DNA from: Candidatus Gottesmanbacteria bacterium | GTDB lineage: Bacteria; Patescibacteriota; Microgenomatia; 2-02-FULL-39-11 | Direction: 5' to 3' | DNA: 64,000 nt | NCBI GenBank assembly: GCA_016186795.1 | Contig: JACPKY010000002.1 | Span: 154,593 to 218,592 of the forward strand | In this document: positions 38,258 to 46,413 of the stretch, one piece after another | How positions within the stretch are numbered: the stretch's first letter is position 1 | Layout of the letters: every line of letters begins with the position of its first letter | The notes under the pieces: model-generated | The model's database searches: none | What the model was told of the DNA's origin: nothing | The model's input: the letters and a program-made list of their open reading frames with translations, nothing else | Made by a program: the position numbers and the translations under genes

Positions 38258-39829
38258 ATTTCAAATACGATATCGTTCCCACTATTTCTAATTGTTTCTA
38301 GGTGTTTTCCAAGTGGCGTTTCAATTTCTCTGGCAACGTAAAGAATTTTCTCATCTGAGGTATTTGTATATGAATTTCTGACGAAAAGGTATTTGTCAAA
38401 TGATTCATTTGGGTTTTTATATTTTTGTACTTGGTTTGGGTCGAAATTCCCGTAGAAAAAAAGATACATATACGCTTTTGAAAAATTTGCTGTAATGACA
38501 ACTTTGGAATAATCGTTTTCATGTGTACGTATATAGTCGGCAGTTTCCCTATATCCATCAGACCAATCCGGTCCGCTACGTTTCGGATAGTGAATGTAAT
38601 AGATGTGGAGATATTGGTAAAAAAAATACACAAACAGAAAAGTGCAAAATAACGAAAAGTGTAATGATCGGTAACGATTAAGAAAAACGACGAACCCACG
38701 AGAAATAAAATACAGAAGTGGAAGCACCATATTTAAACCTCGAAGCGCATGTGGATTTGGAGATGCCAGAGCTCCCGCAACCGGTGCTATAAGAAGCCAC
38801 GAGATGAAAAGCAAATCTTCCTCCCTTTTTTCTTTTATTCCTTTATAGATGCCATACAGAAGGAAAGGCATCTGCCAGAGGTAAAGCATTCCTATCTCCC
38901 GGACGCTATGTCGACCGTTATAATCTCCATGGAAAAATAAAAATTCCAGAGAAAAATACGAAAAATAGTTCTCTAACAATCGATTTCCCGCTTTGTAGAT
39001 ACTTTCATAGAAAGGAGTTGAGGATGTGATTTTCACATCGCGCATGAAAGATTCTGAACGAGCACGAATAAGCCCTCCCGGAGAAAATGCATACTGAAAA
39101 TATGGGAGTAAAGCAATAATATACATGATTCCTACAACAAGGGTCGCTTTTTTATATTTTTGCCAAAAGGACAAAAATTTCCTTTTATACATAACAAAAA
39201 GAAAAAGAAGAAAAAAGGGTATGAAAATTCTAGGAGAGTGATATGTATAGAGAGAAAGTATATAGAAAAAAAGACCCAAAAAGAGTACTCGAGAATTTTT
39301 GTTTAAACCATGTAGAATCAAAAATGTACCCGCGAGGATAAAAAATAGGCTCATATTTGATTCAAAAGCGGCTCGACTAAAATGTGTATGCCAAGCAGAC
39401 GTTGCGAGGAATAATCCACCGAGAAATGATAGGAGTTTATTTCTCGTGAGAAGAAGTAAGAGTGTAATAAATGTAATTATGGTAAGTGTTCCAAATAAAG
39501 CGGATGGAAATCGGACAGCAAATGCGTTTCTTCCAAACAAAAACTCTGATATGCTGGTGGCGTAAATATAGCTAGGAAGTTTAAAATCTTCATAGGAGCG
39601 GAATGAAAAAGGCAAAAAATTCCCAAATGTATCTCTCCCAGTTTTTAAGATAGAATAGGCCTCGTATCCGATAGATACTTCATCGCCGTAGAGACTTTTC
39701 GGATAATTCCCAAGCGCAAAGAAGCGAACAAGAAATGTGGTGAGAATAATTCCGAGAATTAGAGGAAAAGCGAGATCTTTATTTAATTGAATCTTTCGAT
39801 ATCTCACAAATGAGATTATAACAGGAAAG
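38245..39829 (-). CDS. Membrane glycosyltransferase, family 39 / ArnT-PMT-like. True 5' end uncertain; the longest ORF runs into tRNA-Leu.
   Basis: Polytopic membrane protein. YGDEVSIGYEAYSILKTGRD loop and overall similarity to the 27286..28788 paralog. Confidence 0.5.
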
Positions 39830-39913
39830 TGCCGGGAAGAGGACTTGAACCTCCACACCATTTCTGGCACACGCACCTCAAGCGTGCCTGTCTACCAATT
39901 CCAGCATCCCGGC
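39830..39913 (-). tRNA. tRNA-Leu (anticodon GAG), long variable arm
   Basis: Manual fold: GCCGGGA/TCCCGGC acceptor, anticodon loop TTGAGGT, long variable arm, T loop TTCAAGT. Confidence 0.75.
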
Positions 39914-40000
39914 GAGTTTCTGTATTATACCCAATGATTCAGTTATTTTAAACTATTCTGTCTTGAAACAAAAAGCATTTTGAATTACTATAGGGAAGAG

Positions 40001-40073
40001 GGACGCTTAGCTCAGTTGGTAGAGCGTCGCGTTTACATCGCGTAGGTCGGGGGTTCGAGTCCCTCAGCGTCCA
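40001..40073 (+). tRNA. tRNA-Val (anticodon TAC)
   Basis: Manual fold: GGACGCT/AGCGTCC acceptor, GCTC-AGTTGGTA-GAGC D arm, anticodon loop TTTACAT, T loop TTCGAGT. Confidence 0.7.
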
Positions 40074-40097
40074 CTTCGACAAGCTCACTGTATACGC

Positions 40098-40117
40098 GCC
40101 GAGGTAACCAAGGTGGT
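40098..40117 (+). repeat. 20-nt duplicate of the 5' end of the downstream tRNA-Phe-like gene (GCCGAGGTAACCAAGGTGGT)
   Basis: Exact match to 40198..40217, offset by 100 nt. Confidence 0.7.
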
Positions 40118-40197
40118 TCCTTCGGCAGGCTCAGGATAAAACAGATTTCGATACTTAGTTTTGATTTTTACGGCTTGCCCTGAGCGCAAGTCGAAGG

Positions 40198-40270
40198 GCC
40201 GAGGTAACCAAGGTGGTCACGGTGCCTGTCTGAAAAACAGGTTATGTCAGTTCGACTCTGACCCTCGGCA
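40198..40270 (+). tRNA. tRNA-Phe-like (anticodon GAA), unusual D arm
   Basis: Manual fold: GCCGAGG/CCTCGGC acceptor, anticodon stem CCTGT/ACAGG with loop CTGAAAA, T arm GTCAG-TTCGACT-CTGAC. D stem ACCA/CGGT has one mismatch. Confidence 0.5.
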
Positions 40271-40315
40271 CACAAAAGTCACGGGTTACGGTGTCCCGAT
40301 TGAATCGGGATTGAG

Positions 40316-40342
40316 TCAGTTCGACTCTGACCCTCGGCACAA
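40316..40342 (+). repeat. 27-nt duplicate of the 3' end of the tRNA-Phe-like gene (GTCAGTTCGACTCTGACCCTCGGCACA)
   Basis: Exact match to 40246..40272. Preceded by hairpin TCCCGAT-TGA-ATCGGGA. Confidence 0.7.
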
Positions 40343-40347
40343 AAATA

Positions 40348-40971
40348 CTACCGGTTCAATAAGAATTTTGAGTAAACGTACGAGCCAATTTGTAAAACTG
40401 CAATTACTCCTATTGCTACACTCCAGATGCTCCATCTTTGTAACGCGGTATGGAGGAAAATAATCCCGATGACAGGATAGATAAGTTTATGCAACCGATA
40501 CCACCAAATACCAAGAGTCCGTACACTTAGATCATTTGAAGTAATAAAAAGAAAAAAGAGGGTTACCACTGCAAGTAAACCCATCAGTTCGAAAAGAACA
40601 AGTGGTACAAATAGATTTCCTGATGAGATTCTAGGAATAAGGGCGACGAAGGAAACATGACACAGAACAAATAAGTACATAGAAATTCCTAAATGTCGGC
40701 GGAAAAATAGAATAATTGCAAGAAGCTTATGACGGATCCCGTAGCGCTTCAACATTCCAGGTAAAAGGAGAATGATAAAAAAGACAAGAGCTGTTCTCCC
40801 ACTTCCTACGCCCAAATTATACCATGGGCGCATATCGGAAGGGTTGGCAAAGGAGATATATGCGCCAACCCCACAGATGACTATAAGGAATATCCAAAAG
40901 ATGTAGAAGATTCGAATGACCAGTATTTTATTTCGCGCTGACCAAAGAAAGGCCGTATCGACAAAAGTCAT
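40348..40971 (-). CDS. Ferric-reductase-like transmembrane protein (MsrQ/YedZ-type heme-binding membrane subunit)
   Basis: 6-TM protein with conserved His in FRRHLGISMYLFVLCHV and WWYRLHKLIYPVIGIIFLH helices. Confidence 0.45.
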   Translation of the reverse strand: MTFVDTAFLWSARNKILVIRIFYIFWIFLIVICGVGAYISFANPSDMRPWYNLGVGSGRTALVFFIILLLPGMLKRYGIRHKLLAIILFFRRHLGISMYLFVLCHVSFVALIPRISSGNLFVPLVLFELMGLLAVVTLFFLFITSNDLSVRTLGIWWYRLHKLIYPVIGIIFLHTALQRWSIWSVAIGVIAVLQIGSYVYSKFLLNR

Positions 40972-41009
40972 AGACTTTCAATACTGGTTCGTCGAAGGAG
41001 AGGTACGAC

Positions 41010-41510
41010 TTACTCTACGATAAACTTACCGACCATTCCGTTGGCTCGGTGTTGACCAACACTGCAATAATACTCGTACGTTCCAGCTTTATTTGCTACA
41101 AACTGAGTTGTTTGACTCTGACCTGCAGAGAGAACTTTCGTACTACCATCGAATTCATCCAAATTCCAATCGTGTGTACCATCTTTAACTACGAATGTTA
41201 CTCGCACTGTATCGCCCTTTTTTACTCGCATCTCTTTGATCGAATATGAGAAATTTGAACCTTCAACGGTAAACGTTTTTACATTCACAGATGGAGATAC
41301 AGTTTCCTCTTTCTCCATCACACCTGTAATTTGTCCGCCGACCGTTGCCTCTATCACTTTTTCTTCATTCGTACCCTCTGTTGGTACAGTTTGAGTTTCT
41401 TCCGTTGTCGTTGGGGCAACTGCCTCCTTTTTCCCCATATTAATAACGGCAAAAGCACCACCCACAACTAGGATGAGTCCGATTACAGCAAAAAGAACAT
41501 TTTTTTGCAT
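41010..41510 (-). CDS. Cupredoxin (blue copper) domain protein, membrane-anchored
   Basis: N-terminal TM helix. Type-1 copper ligand pattern: H (GTHDW) ... C-x-x-x-x-H-x-x-x-x-M (YYCSVGQHRANGM). Confidence 0.55.
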   Translation of the reverse strand: MQKNVLFAVIGLILVVGGAFAVINMGKKEAVAPTTTEETQTVPTEGTNEEKVIEATVGGQITGVMEKEETVSPSVNVKTFTVEGSNFSYSIKEMRVKKGDTVRVTFVVKDGTHDWNLDEFDGSTKVLSAGQSQTTQFVANKAGTYEYYCSVGQHRANGMVGKFIVE

Positions 41511-41613
41511 ACCGTCATCTCCTTTTCTTTTATGAAACTGAATATGCTTTTTTCTTTATATCACGGAAAAAGAAAAGCTGCAATACGTAATTGTGGCTTC
41601 ATGGGTGAATTGA

Positions 41614-41716
41614 TATAATAGCTTTATCGCAAAATTGCGAAGCAATTTTAAAGGAGGAATGACGAAGTGCTAAATCCCGATAAAATCGGGATGATAACGG
41701 AAGTCAATTCCGACGT
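41614..41716 (+). promoter_or_regulatory. Conserved tRNA-Gly leader, copy B
   Basis: Near-identical to 34592..34694: TGATATAAT, AATTGC-GAA-GCAATT, AAGGAGGAATGACGAAGTGCTAA, ATCCCGAT-AAA-ATCGGGAT. Confidence 0.45.
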
Positions 41717-41791
41717 GCGGGCGTAGTTCAGCGGTAGAATGTCTCCTTGCCAAGGAGAAGGTCACCGGTTCAAATCCGGCCGCCCGCTCCA
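41717..41791 (+). tRNA. tRNA-Gly (anticodon GCC)
   Basis: Same scaffold as tRNA-Gly(TCC) but anticodon loop CTTGCCA. CCA is encoded. Confidence 0.8.
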
Positions 41792-41802
41792 AATAAATAA
41801 TC

Positions 41803-41884
41803 GGGCTGGTGGCGGAACTGGTAGACGCGTACGCTTCAGGAGCGTATGACGAAAGTCTTGGAGGTTCGATTCCTCTCCAGCCCA
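41803..41884 (+). tRNA. tRNA-Leu (anticodon CAG)
   Basis: Manual fold: GGGCTGG/CCAGCCC acceptor, anticodon loop TTCAGGA, long variable arm, T loop TTCGATT. Confidence 0.75.
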
Positions 41885-41908
41885 CCTCGTCCGTTACTTA
41901 AGTCATAT

Positions 41909-41979
41909 TGCGGGATCGTCTAATGGTAGGACACGAGACTTTGGATCTCGGTATCATGGTTCGAATCCATGTCCCGCAG
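41909..41979 (+). tRNA. tRNA-Gln (anticodon TTG), U1-A72
   Basis: Manual fold: TGCGGGA/TCCCGCA acceptor, anticodon loop CTTTGGA, T loop TTCGAAT, discriminator G. Confidence 0.7.
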
Positions 41980-41993
41980 CTCGACGTTCTATT

Positions 41994-42076
41994 GCCGCAG
42001 TGTTGGAATGGTAGACAAGCTGGACTTAAAATCCAGTGGTAGCGATACCGTGAGAGTCCGAATCTCTCCTGCGGCA
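41994..42076 (+). tRNA. tRNA-Leu (anticodon TAA)
   Basis: Manual fold: GCCGCAG/CTGCGGC acceptor, anticodon loop CTTAAAA, long variable arm, T loop TCCGAAT. Confidence 0.7.
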
Positions 42077-42082
42077 CTTTGA

Positions 42083-43417
42083 CTAATTTTCGCGCACTAT
42101 CGTATAGATTTTCGGGTGATAGAGGAAAATAACAGGGTTATCATCAACCAGGTACCGTTGAAAATCCGCATAAATTTTCGTACGCTTCTCCTGATCGAGT
42201 GTTTTTCTTCCGTCCTCAAGAAGTTTATCAATTTTAAGATTACTATATTTCGCAATATTCGTTGCCTCTTGGGTCGTTTGCCAATAGTGGTATTGGTCCG
42301 GATCGGGAGGGATAGGAATGGTTAGTACCATCATATCAAATTCTTGGGGAAGTGCATTTTCTACCCGTACTTTTACATCAAGGCCGAGCTTGTTCCAGCT
42401 GTCAGCAATAAATTGAGCAGTTGTGAGAAGCGGCGCAAAAACCGAAAGAGTCATAATTGCAGAATCAGATGCAAGCGGGCTTTTGGACAGAATTTTCTGT
42501 GCAACATCTGGATCGTAGTTATAAAGTCGAATATTGGAAGAATAGGCCCATGAAACTGGAGAAATCGGTGAATAAACTTTTTCGAAATCATCGATCTTTG
42601 GAATTGCGTATGTTAACGCTTGTCGAACTTCTTTCTCCTTAAAGAGTGGATTTTTTAGATTAAAAAAAACACCAACAAAACGGTCATATTGAGTCGTTGC
42701 GGTAACCTTCGTATTTTTCCAATTTGTCAATGGACCAACTTCAGATAGGCTTTCGAGGATATCGACTTCTCCGAGTTTATATGCAAGGAATGCTTCTTCC
42801 TGTGATGGGTAAAACCGATAGACCGTCACCTTGCCGGTTTTTTGATTTACTAACGTGAGTTTTGTAAGAAAGTCATCGGTATAATCTGCTCGTGAGACTT
42901 TTTGAATGCCCATTCCGATGAGATTCGGTTTAAGGATTGGCTGCGATAAGACAACCGGAAGAGGAGCATAGGGTTCTTTAAGCGTAACTTTCAGAGTCGT
43001 TTCATTTTCTGGTGTAATAATAACTTCCCGAAGCTTATACGTTACGTCTTTTGCCGTAAACCTCGACCCATCGTGAAAATGAATATCAGGTAACAGTTGG
43101 AATGTGTACGTAGTACCCTTTTCATCAACCTGCCAGGAAGGAGAAAGTGATGAAGTTGCTTCACCATTTGGGAGAAGCGTTGTTAGCCCAAGACTAATCT
43201 GATTCCGAAGAGAAAGCGGAAGTGTATTTTCGGTAAATCGACCTACCATTCCCACCTTCGTTGTTATTTGACCGAACGTATCTCTATAAATCGGGTATAT
43301 TTGAAAAAGGAGAAGGGTTGCGAGAAATCCAATCAGAGCTCCCAACCCTATCTGTTTACTATGACGGGAAATAAATGTCTGAACAAAAAGGATGACGAAA
43401 CGTAGTTGTTTTGTCAC
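42083..43417 (-). CDS. ABC transporter substrate-binding protein, family 5 (peptide/nickel type), apparently orphan
   Basis: FHDGSRFTAKDV signature of the SBP_bac_5 family. N-terminal membrane anchor. No permease or ATPase genes adjacent. Confidence 0.6.
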   Translation of the reverse strand: MTKQLRFVILFVQTFISRHSKQIGLGALIGFLATLLLFQIYPIYRDTFGQITTKVGMVGRFTENTLPLSLRNQISLGLTTLLPNGEATSSLSPSWQVDEKGTTYTFQLLPDIHFHDGSRFTAKDVTYKLREVIITPENETTLKVTLKEPYAPLPVVLSQPILKPNLIGMGIQKVSRADYTDDFLTKLTLVNQKTGKVTVYRFYPSQEEAFLAYKLGEVDILESLSEVGPLTNWKNTKVTATTQYDRFVGVFFNLKNPLFKEKEVRQALTYAIPKIDDFEKVYSPISPVSWAYSSNIRLYNYDPDVAQKILSKSPLASDSAIMTLSVFAPLLTTAQFIADSWNKLGLDVKVRVENALPQEFDMMVLTIPIPPDPDQYHYWQTTQEATNIAKYSNLKIDKLLEDGRKTLDQEKRTKIYADFQRYLVDDNPVIFLYHPKIYTIVREN

Positions 43418-43420
43418 GCT

Positions 43421-43639
43421 TTACGAAAAAAGAAGTGATGAAATTGACGTTATGAGAAATAATACAACAAGGACAATCGTCGCATAAAAAACTATCTTTT
43501 CAACCCCACGTCTGCTTTTGTAAAATTCTCCTCCCCCACCCCAAGCACGTCCCAGTCCCACCCCTTTTGCTTGGAGAAGAATAAGCACGATGAGAAGTGA
43601 CGAAACGAAAATCTGTAAAATAAAGAGGAAATTTACCAT
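43421..43639 (-). CDS. secG: Preprotein translocase subunit SecG
   Basis: 72 aa, two TM helices, LLQAKGVGLG motif. Confidence 0.65.
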   Translation of the reverse strand: MVNFLFILQIFVSSLLIVLILLQAKGVGLGRAWGGGGEFYKSRRGVEKIVFYATIVLVVLFLITSISSLLFS

Positions 43640-43645
43640 GCCCTA

Positions 43646-44674
43646 TTATACCAGATTGAGGATTTTCATACATGCTTTAGCAATTTTTTCGGGGCTGTGA
43701 CGGATAAAACTCCGATGGAGCGTATCTCCCTTTTGTCGAGGCACAATTTTACGAGAAAGTAGATCGGAAGCCATGACAGTAAATGAAGAAGAGGAGTGAA
43801 CGTCATTAAGAACCGGAACGGCGTTATATTTCTTATACCGGGTCAATGCAGCCTGTGGGATTGGTGCGTTATTGATGAAAACGAAGTCAAGTGTTTTTAT
43901 CGGCAAATAGGTATCCAACTCGGAAAGAAATTTTGAGGCGGTAAATCCATACGTTTGTCCATACTCAGTCATCAGATTTAAGATAAATATTTTTTTCGCT
44001 CTACTTTTGATAATTGCATCAGACACACCGGAAACGACAAGGTTTGCAATAAGAGTTGTATAAAACCCTCCAGGGCCAAGGATAATAAGATTAGCCGAAG
44101 ATAAAGCCTCCTTTACTTCAGGATTTATTTGGGCTAACGGATGGGTTGAAAGGTAGGTAATTGGAATTTTTCCATTATGTTTTGGCTCATCGATTGCATG
44201 TTCCCCAATAACTTTTGAGCCATCAGCATAGGTTGCGACGAGGTCGATTTTATCGAGAGAAACAGGTAGAACTTTTCCATGTGTTCGTAAGATCTCTCCT
44301 GCTTTTTCAATCGCAAGTTGTTGAGAACCAAGAATCTTTGTAAGAGCAACAAGGAAAAGATTCCCAAAGGTCATTCCTCGTACACCAACTCCTTGGCTAT
44401 AACGATACTGAAAAAGTTTACGCAGAAGGAGTGCATTTTGTGTCGAAACATCAGCCAAAGCAAGAAGCGATTTTCGGACATCGCTACTTGGAAGTAGTCC
44501 CCATTCATCTCGCTCTTTTTTTGCACTTCCGCCAGAGTCAGCCATTGTAACCACCGCAGTAATATCCGAAACATATTTCTTCAGTCCCGTAAGCACACTA
44601 TACGTCCCGGTTCCTCCTCCAATTACAACGACATTCTTTTCAAATCTCATATCGTCAGTCAAGCATCCATCCAA
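43646..44674 (-). CDS. YvcK/CofD-family protein (gluconeogenesis factor, UPF0052)
   Basis: VVVIGGGTGTYSVLTGLK and VVTMADSGGS motifs characteristic of YvcK/CofD. Confidence 0.75.
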   Translation of the reverse strand: MDGCLTDDMRFEKNVVVIGGGTGTYSVLTGLKKYVSDITAVVTMADSGGSAKKERDEWGLLPSSDVRKSLLALADVSTQNALLLRKLFQYRYSQGVGVRGMTFGNLFLVALTKILGSQQLAIEKAGEILRTHGKVLPVSLDKIDLVATYADGSKVIGEHAIDEPKHNGKIPITYLSTHPLAQINPEVKEALSSANLIILGPGGFYTTLIANLVVSGVSDAIIKSRAKKIFILNLMTEYGQTYGFTASKFLSELDTYLPIKTLDFVFINNAPIPQAALTRYKKYNAVPVLNDVHSSSSFTVMASDLLSRKIVPRQKGDTLHRSFIRHSPEKIAKACMKILNLV

Positions 44675-45056
44675 ATAACCGCATCAATAGTGTGAGAAGT
44701 ATACCAGAAATGATCACAACTTCCCACGAAGGTAACCTTGCTGAAGTTATGGTGATTGGACCAAGAGTAAACGGTTCAACTACCCAAGAAGAAATCGAAA
44801 CAGAGGGAGTAACGAGGGACCAGAGAAATGTGATGGCGATGATAAGGAGCCATGCACTAAGATTAAGAGTCAAAATATTAAGTGGGAGAAGAATGATATT
44901 TGCAATAGGTTTTACAATGATAAGAAGTATCCCTAACACTCCCGATGCGATAAGAAAGTTTTTCAACGAACCAGAGACAGTAACAGCAGGAATGATTTGA
45001 ACGAGGCAAAAGAGAGAAACAGTTACAATGAAATATTTTTTAAAAAGGTAGCGCAT
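44655..45056 (-). CDS. Small 4-TM membrane protein, phage-holin-4 / YvlD-like (DUF360)
   Basis: 133 aa with four hydrophobic helices. Weak family-level resemblance only. Confidence 0.35.
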   Translation of the reverse strand: MRYLFKKYFIVTVSLFCLVQIIPAVTVSGSLKNFLIASGVLGILLIIVKPIANIILLPLNILTLNLSAWLLIIAITFLWSLVTPSVSISSWVVEPFTLGPITITSARLPSWEVVIISGILLTLLMRLFGWMLD

Positions 45057-45087
45057 AGAGGAATGTTGTACATTATATCATCCGGAT

Positions 45088-46401
45088 TTAGTTCTTTGGA
45101 AGAAGATAGCGAAGGCGTAGATGTTGATGGTACGCGTGAGAGAAGCGATGTGCTTCATCACGGATACGCTGTAAAAGATGGAGTGCCGAAGCAGATTTCC
45201 TCAGGCGAATTTTTTGGAAATGTACTTTGTCGGGAATGACAATTTCTTCCTCTGCTTTCGCAAGTCCGATGAATGGTATGGAAATATTGGACTTAGCAAA
45301 TATTTTCCTTATAGCTATAAGCTGTGGTTTCCCACCATCGATGACAATAAGATGAGGAAGCGGCCAACCAAAATGGTGTAGTCTTCGCTGTAAAACTTCT
45401 GATAGCATTGCAAAATCGTTTGGAGTACTTTGCAAGCGAATCCGAAATTTTCTGTAATATTCTTTCACAGGAAGTCCATCGACAAAAGTAGTCATCGCAC
45501 CCGCTGCAAATTTCCCAGAAACATTACTGACGTCATAGCACTCAATGCGGCGAATTTTCCCAATTGCAGGATAAAATGGAGAAAGTATTTTGGCTAACTC
45601 ATCTTGCTCTTTTTTCGATTCTTCAAGGAAAAGGAACGGCTCATTTATATACTCCTGTGGTGTATGGAACGATGTTAGTAAATAGTCAATTTTTTCGATT
45701 TTATTGCGGAATTCACCAGCCTTTTCATACTGTTGCTCTATTGAACACCTTTCCATTTCACGTTGGAGAGCACTTTGAACTGATTTTGCCTGTCCAGAGA
45801 GTAATTTTTTAATAAAAAGTATGTTTTTCCTGTACGTCCGTTTTGCAAGAAGGTATTTCCCACTCTGATATGTTCGAATAGTCGCAGGGCATGGATTGCA
45901 AAGTCCGATATGTGTGTAGAAACAAGCCTTTTTCACTGTCGGATTCTGCGTACAATATGGAAAAATTGTGCGTAGATACGAAAGAATTTCTCGCACAATT
46001 GAGGACGAAGGGAATGGGCCGAAAAATGTATTATGTGATTTTTCGGCTTTCCGCGCAAAAAATATTCTCGGAAATTCTTCATCGGTGATCTGAATGTAAA
46101 TGTAGTGCTTATCATCTTTCCAAATAACATTATATTTCGGTTGATATTGGTTAATGAGTTCTGCCTCGAGAAGTAATGCCTCAAACTCCGAATTTACCGG
46201 TATAATTCTTACGGTAACTATTTGTTGCACAAGAAGTGACACGCGTACATCTGCATGTTTCTTTTGGAAATATGATGAAACACGTTTTTTTACATTCTTT
46301 GCCTTTCCGATGTACAGAATCATCCCTTTTGCATCATGAAACTCATACACGCCACTTATCTGGGGAAGCGTTCGTAGATCGCGAATAGATATTGCCAGCA
46401 T
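45088..46401 (-). CDS. uvrC: Excinuclease ABC subunit C, short form
   Basis: N-terminal GIY-YIG (GVYEFHDAKGMILYIGKAKN) and UvrBC region. Ends shortly after the RIRDEAHRF motif at 437 aa. Confidence 0.75.
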   Translation of the reverse strand: MLAISIRDLRTLPQISGVYEFHDAKGMILYIGKAKNVKKRVSSYFQKKHADVRVSLLVQQIVTVRIIPVNSEFEALLLEAELINQYQPKYNVIWKDDKHYIYIQITDEEFPRIFFARKAEKSHNTFFGPFPSSSIVREILSYLRTIFPYCTQNPTVKKACFYTHIGLCNPCPATIRTYQSGKYLLAKRTYRKNILFIKKLLSGQAKSVQSALQREMERCSIEQQYEKAGEFRNKIEKIDYLLTSFHTPQEYINEPFLFLEESKKEQDELAKILSPFYPAIGKIRRIECYDVSNVSGKFAAGAMTTFVDGLPVKEYYRKFRIRLQSTPNDFAMLSEVLQRRLHHFGWPLPHLIVIDGGKPQLIAIRKIFAKSNISIPFIGLAKAEEEIVIPDKVHFQKIRLRKSASALHLLQRIRDEAHRFSHAYHQHLRLRYLLPKN

Positions 46402-46413
46402 AGAATACTTGGG

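Noticed and set aside
40080-40350. CRISPR array
   Set aside because: Only two short repeat families with two copies each, irregular spacing (100 and 70 nt), and the repeats are tRNA end sequences. No cas genes in the window.
40161-40463. 100-aa plus-strand ORF
   Set aside because: Spans the tRNA-Phe-like gene and its partial duplicates. Its repeated peptide segments simply mirror the nucleotide repeats.
41670-41885. 71-aa minus-strand ORF
   Set aside because: Antisense to the tRNA-Gly(GCC) and tRNA-Leu(CAG) genes. An artefact of the tRNA cluster.
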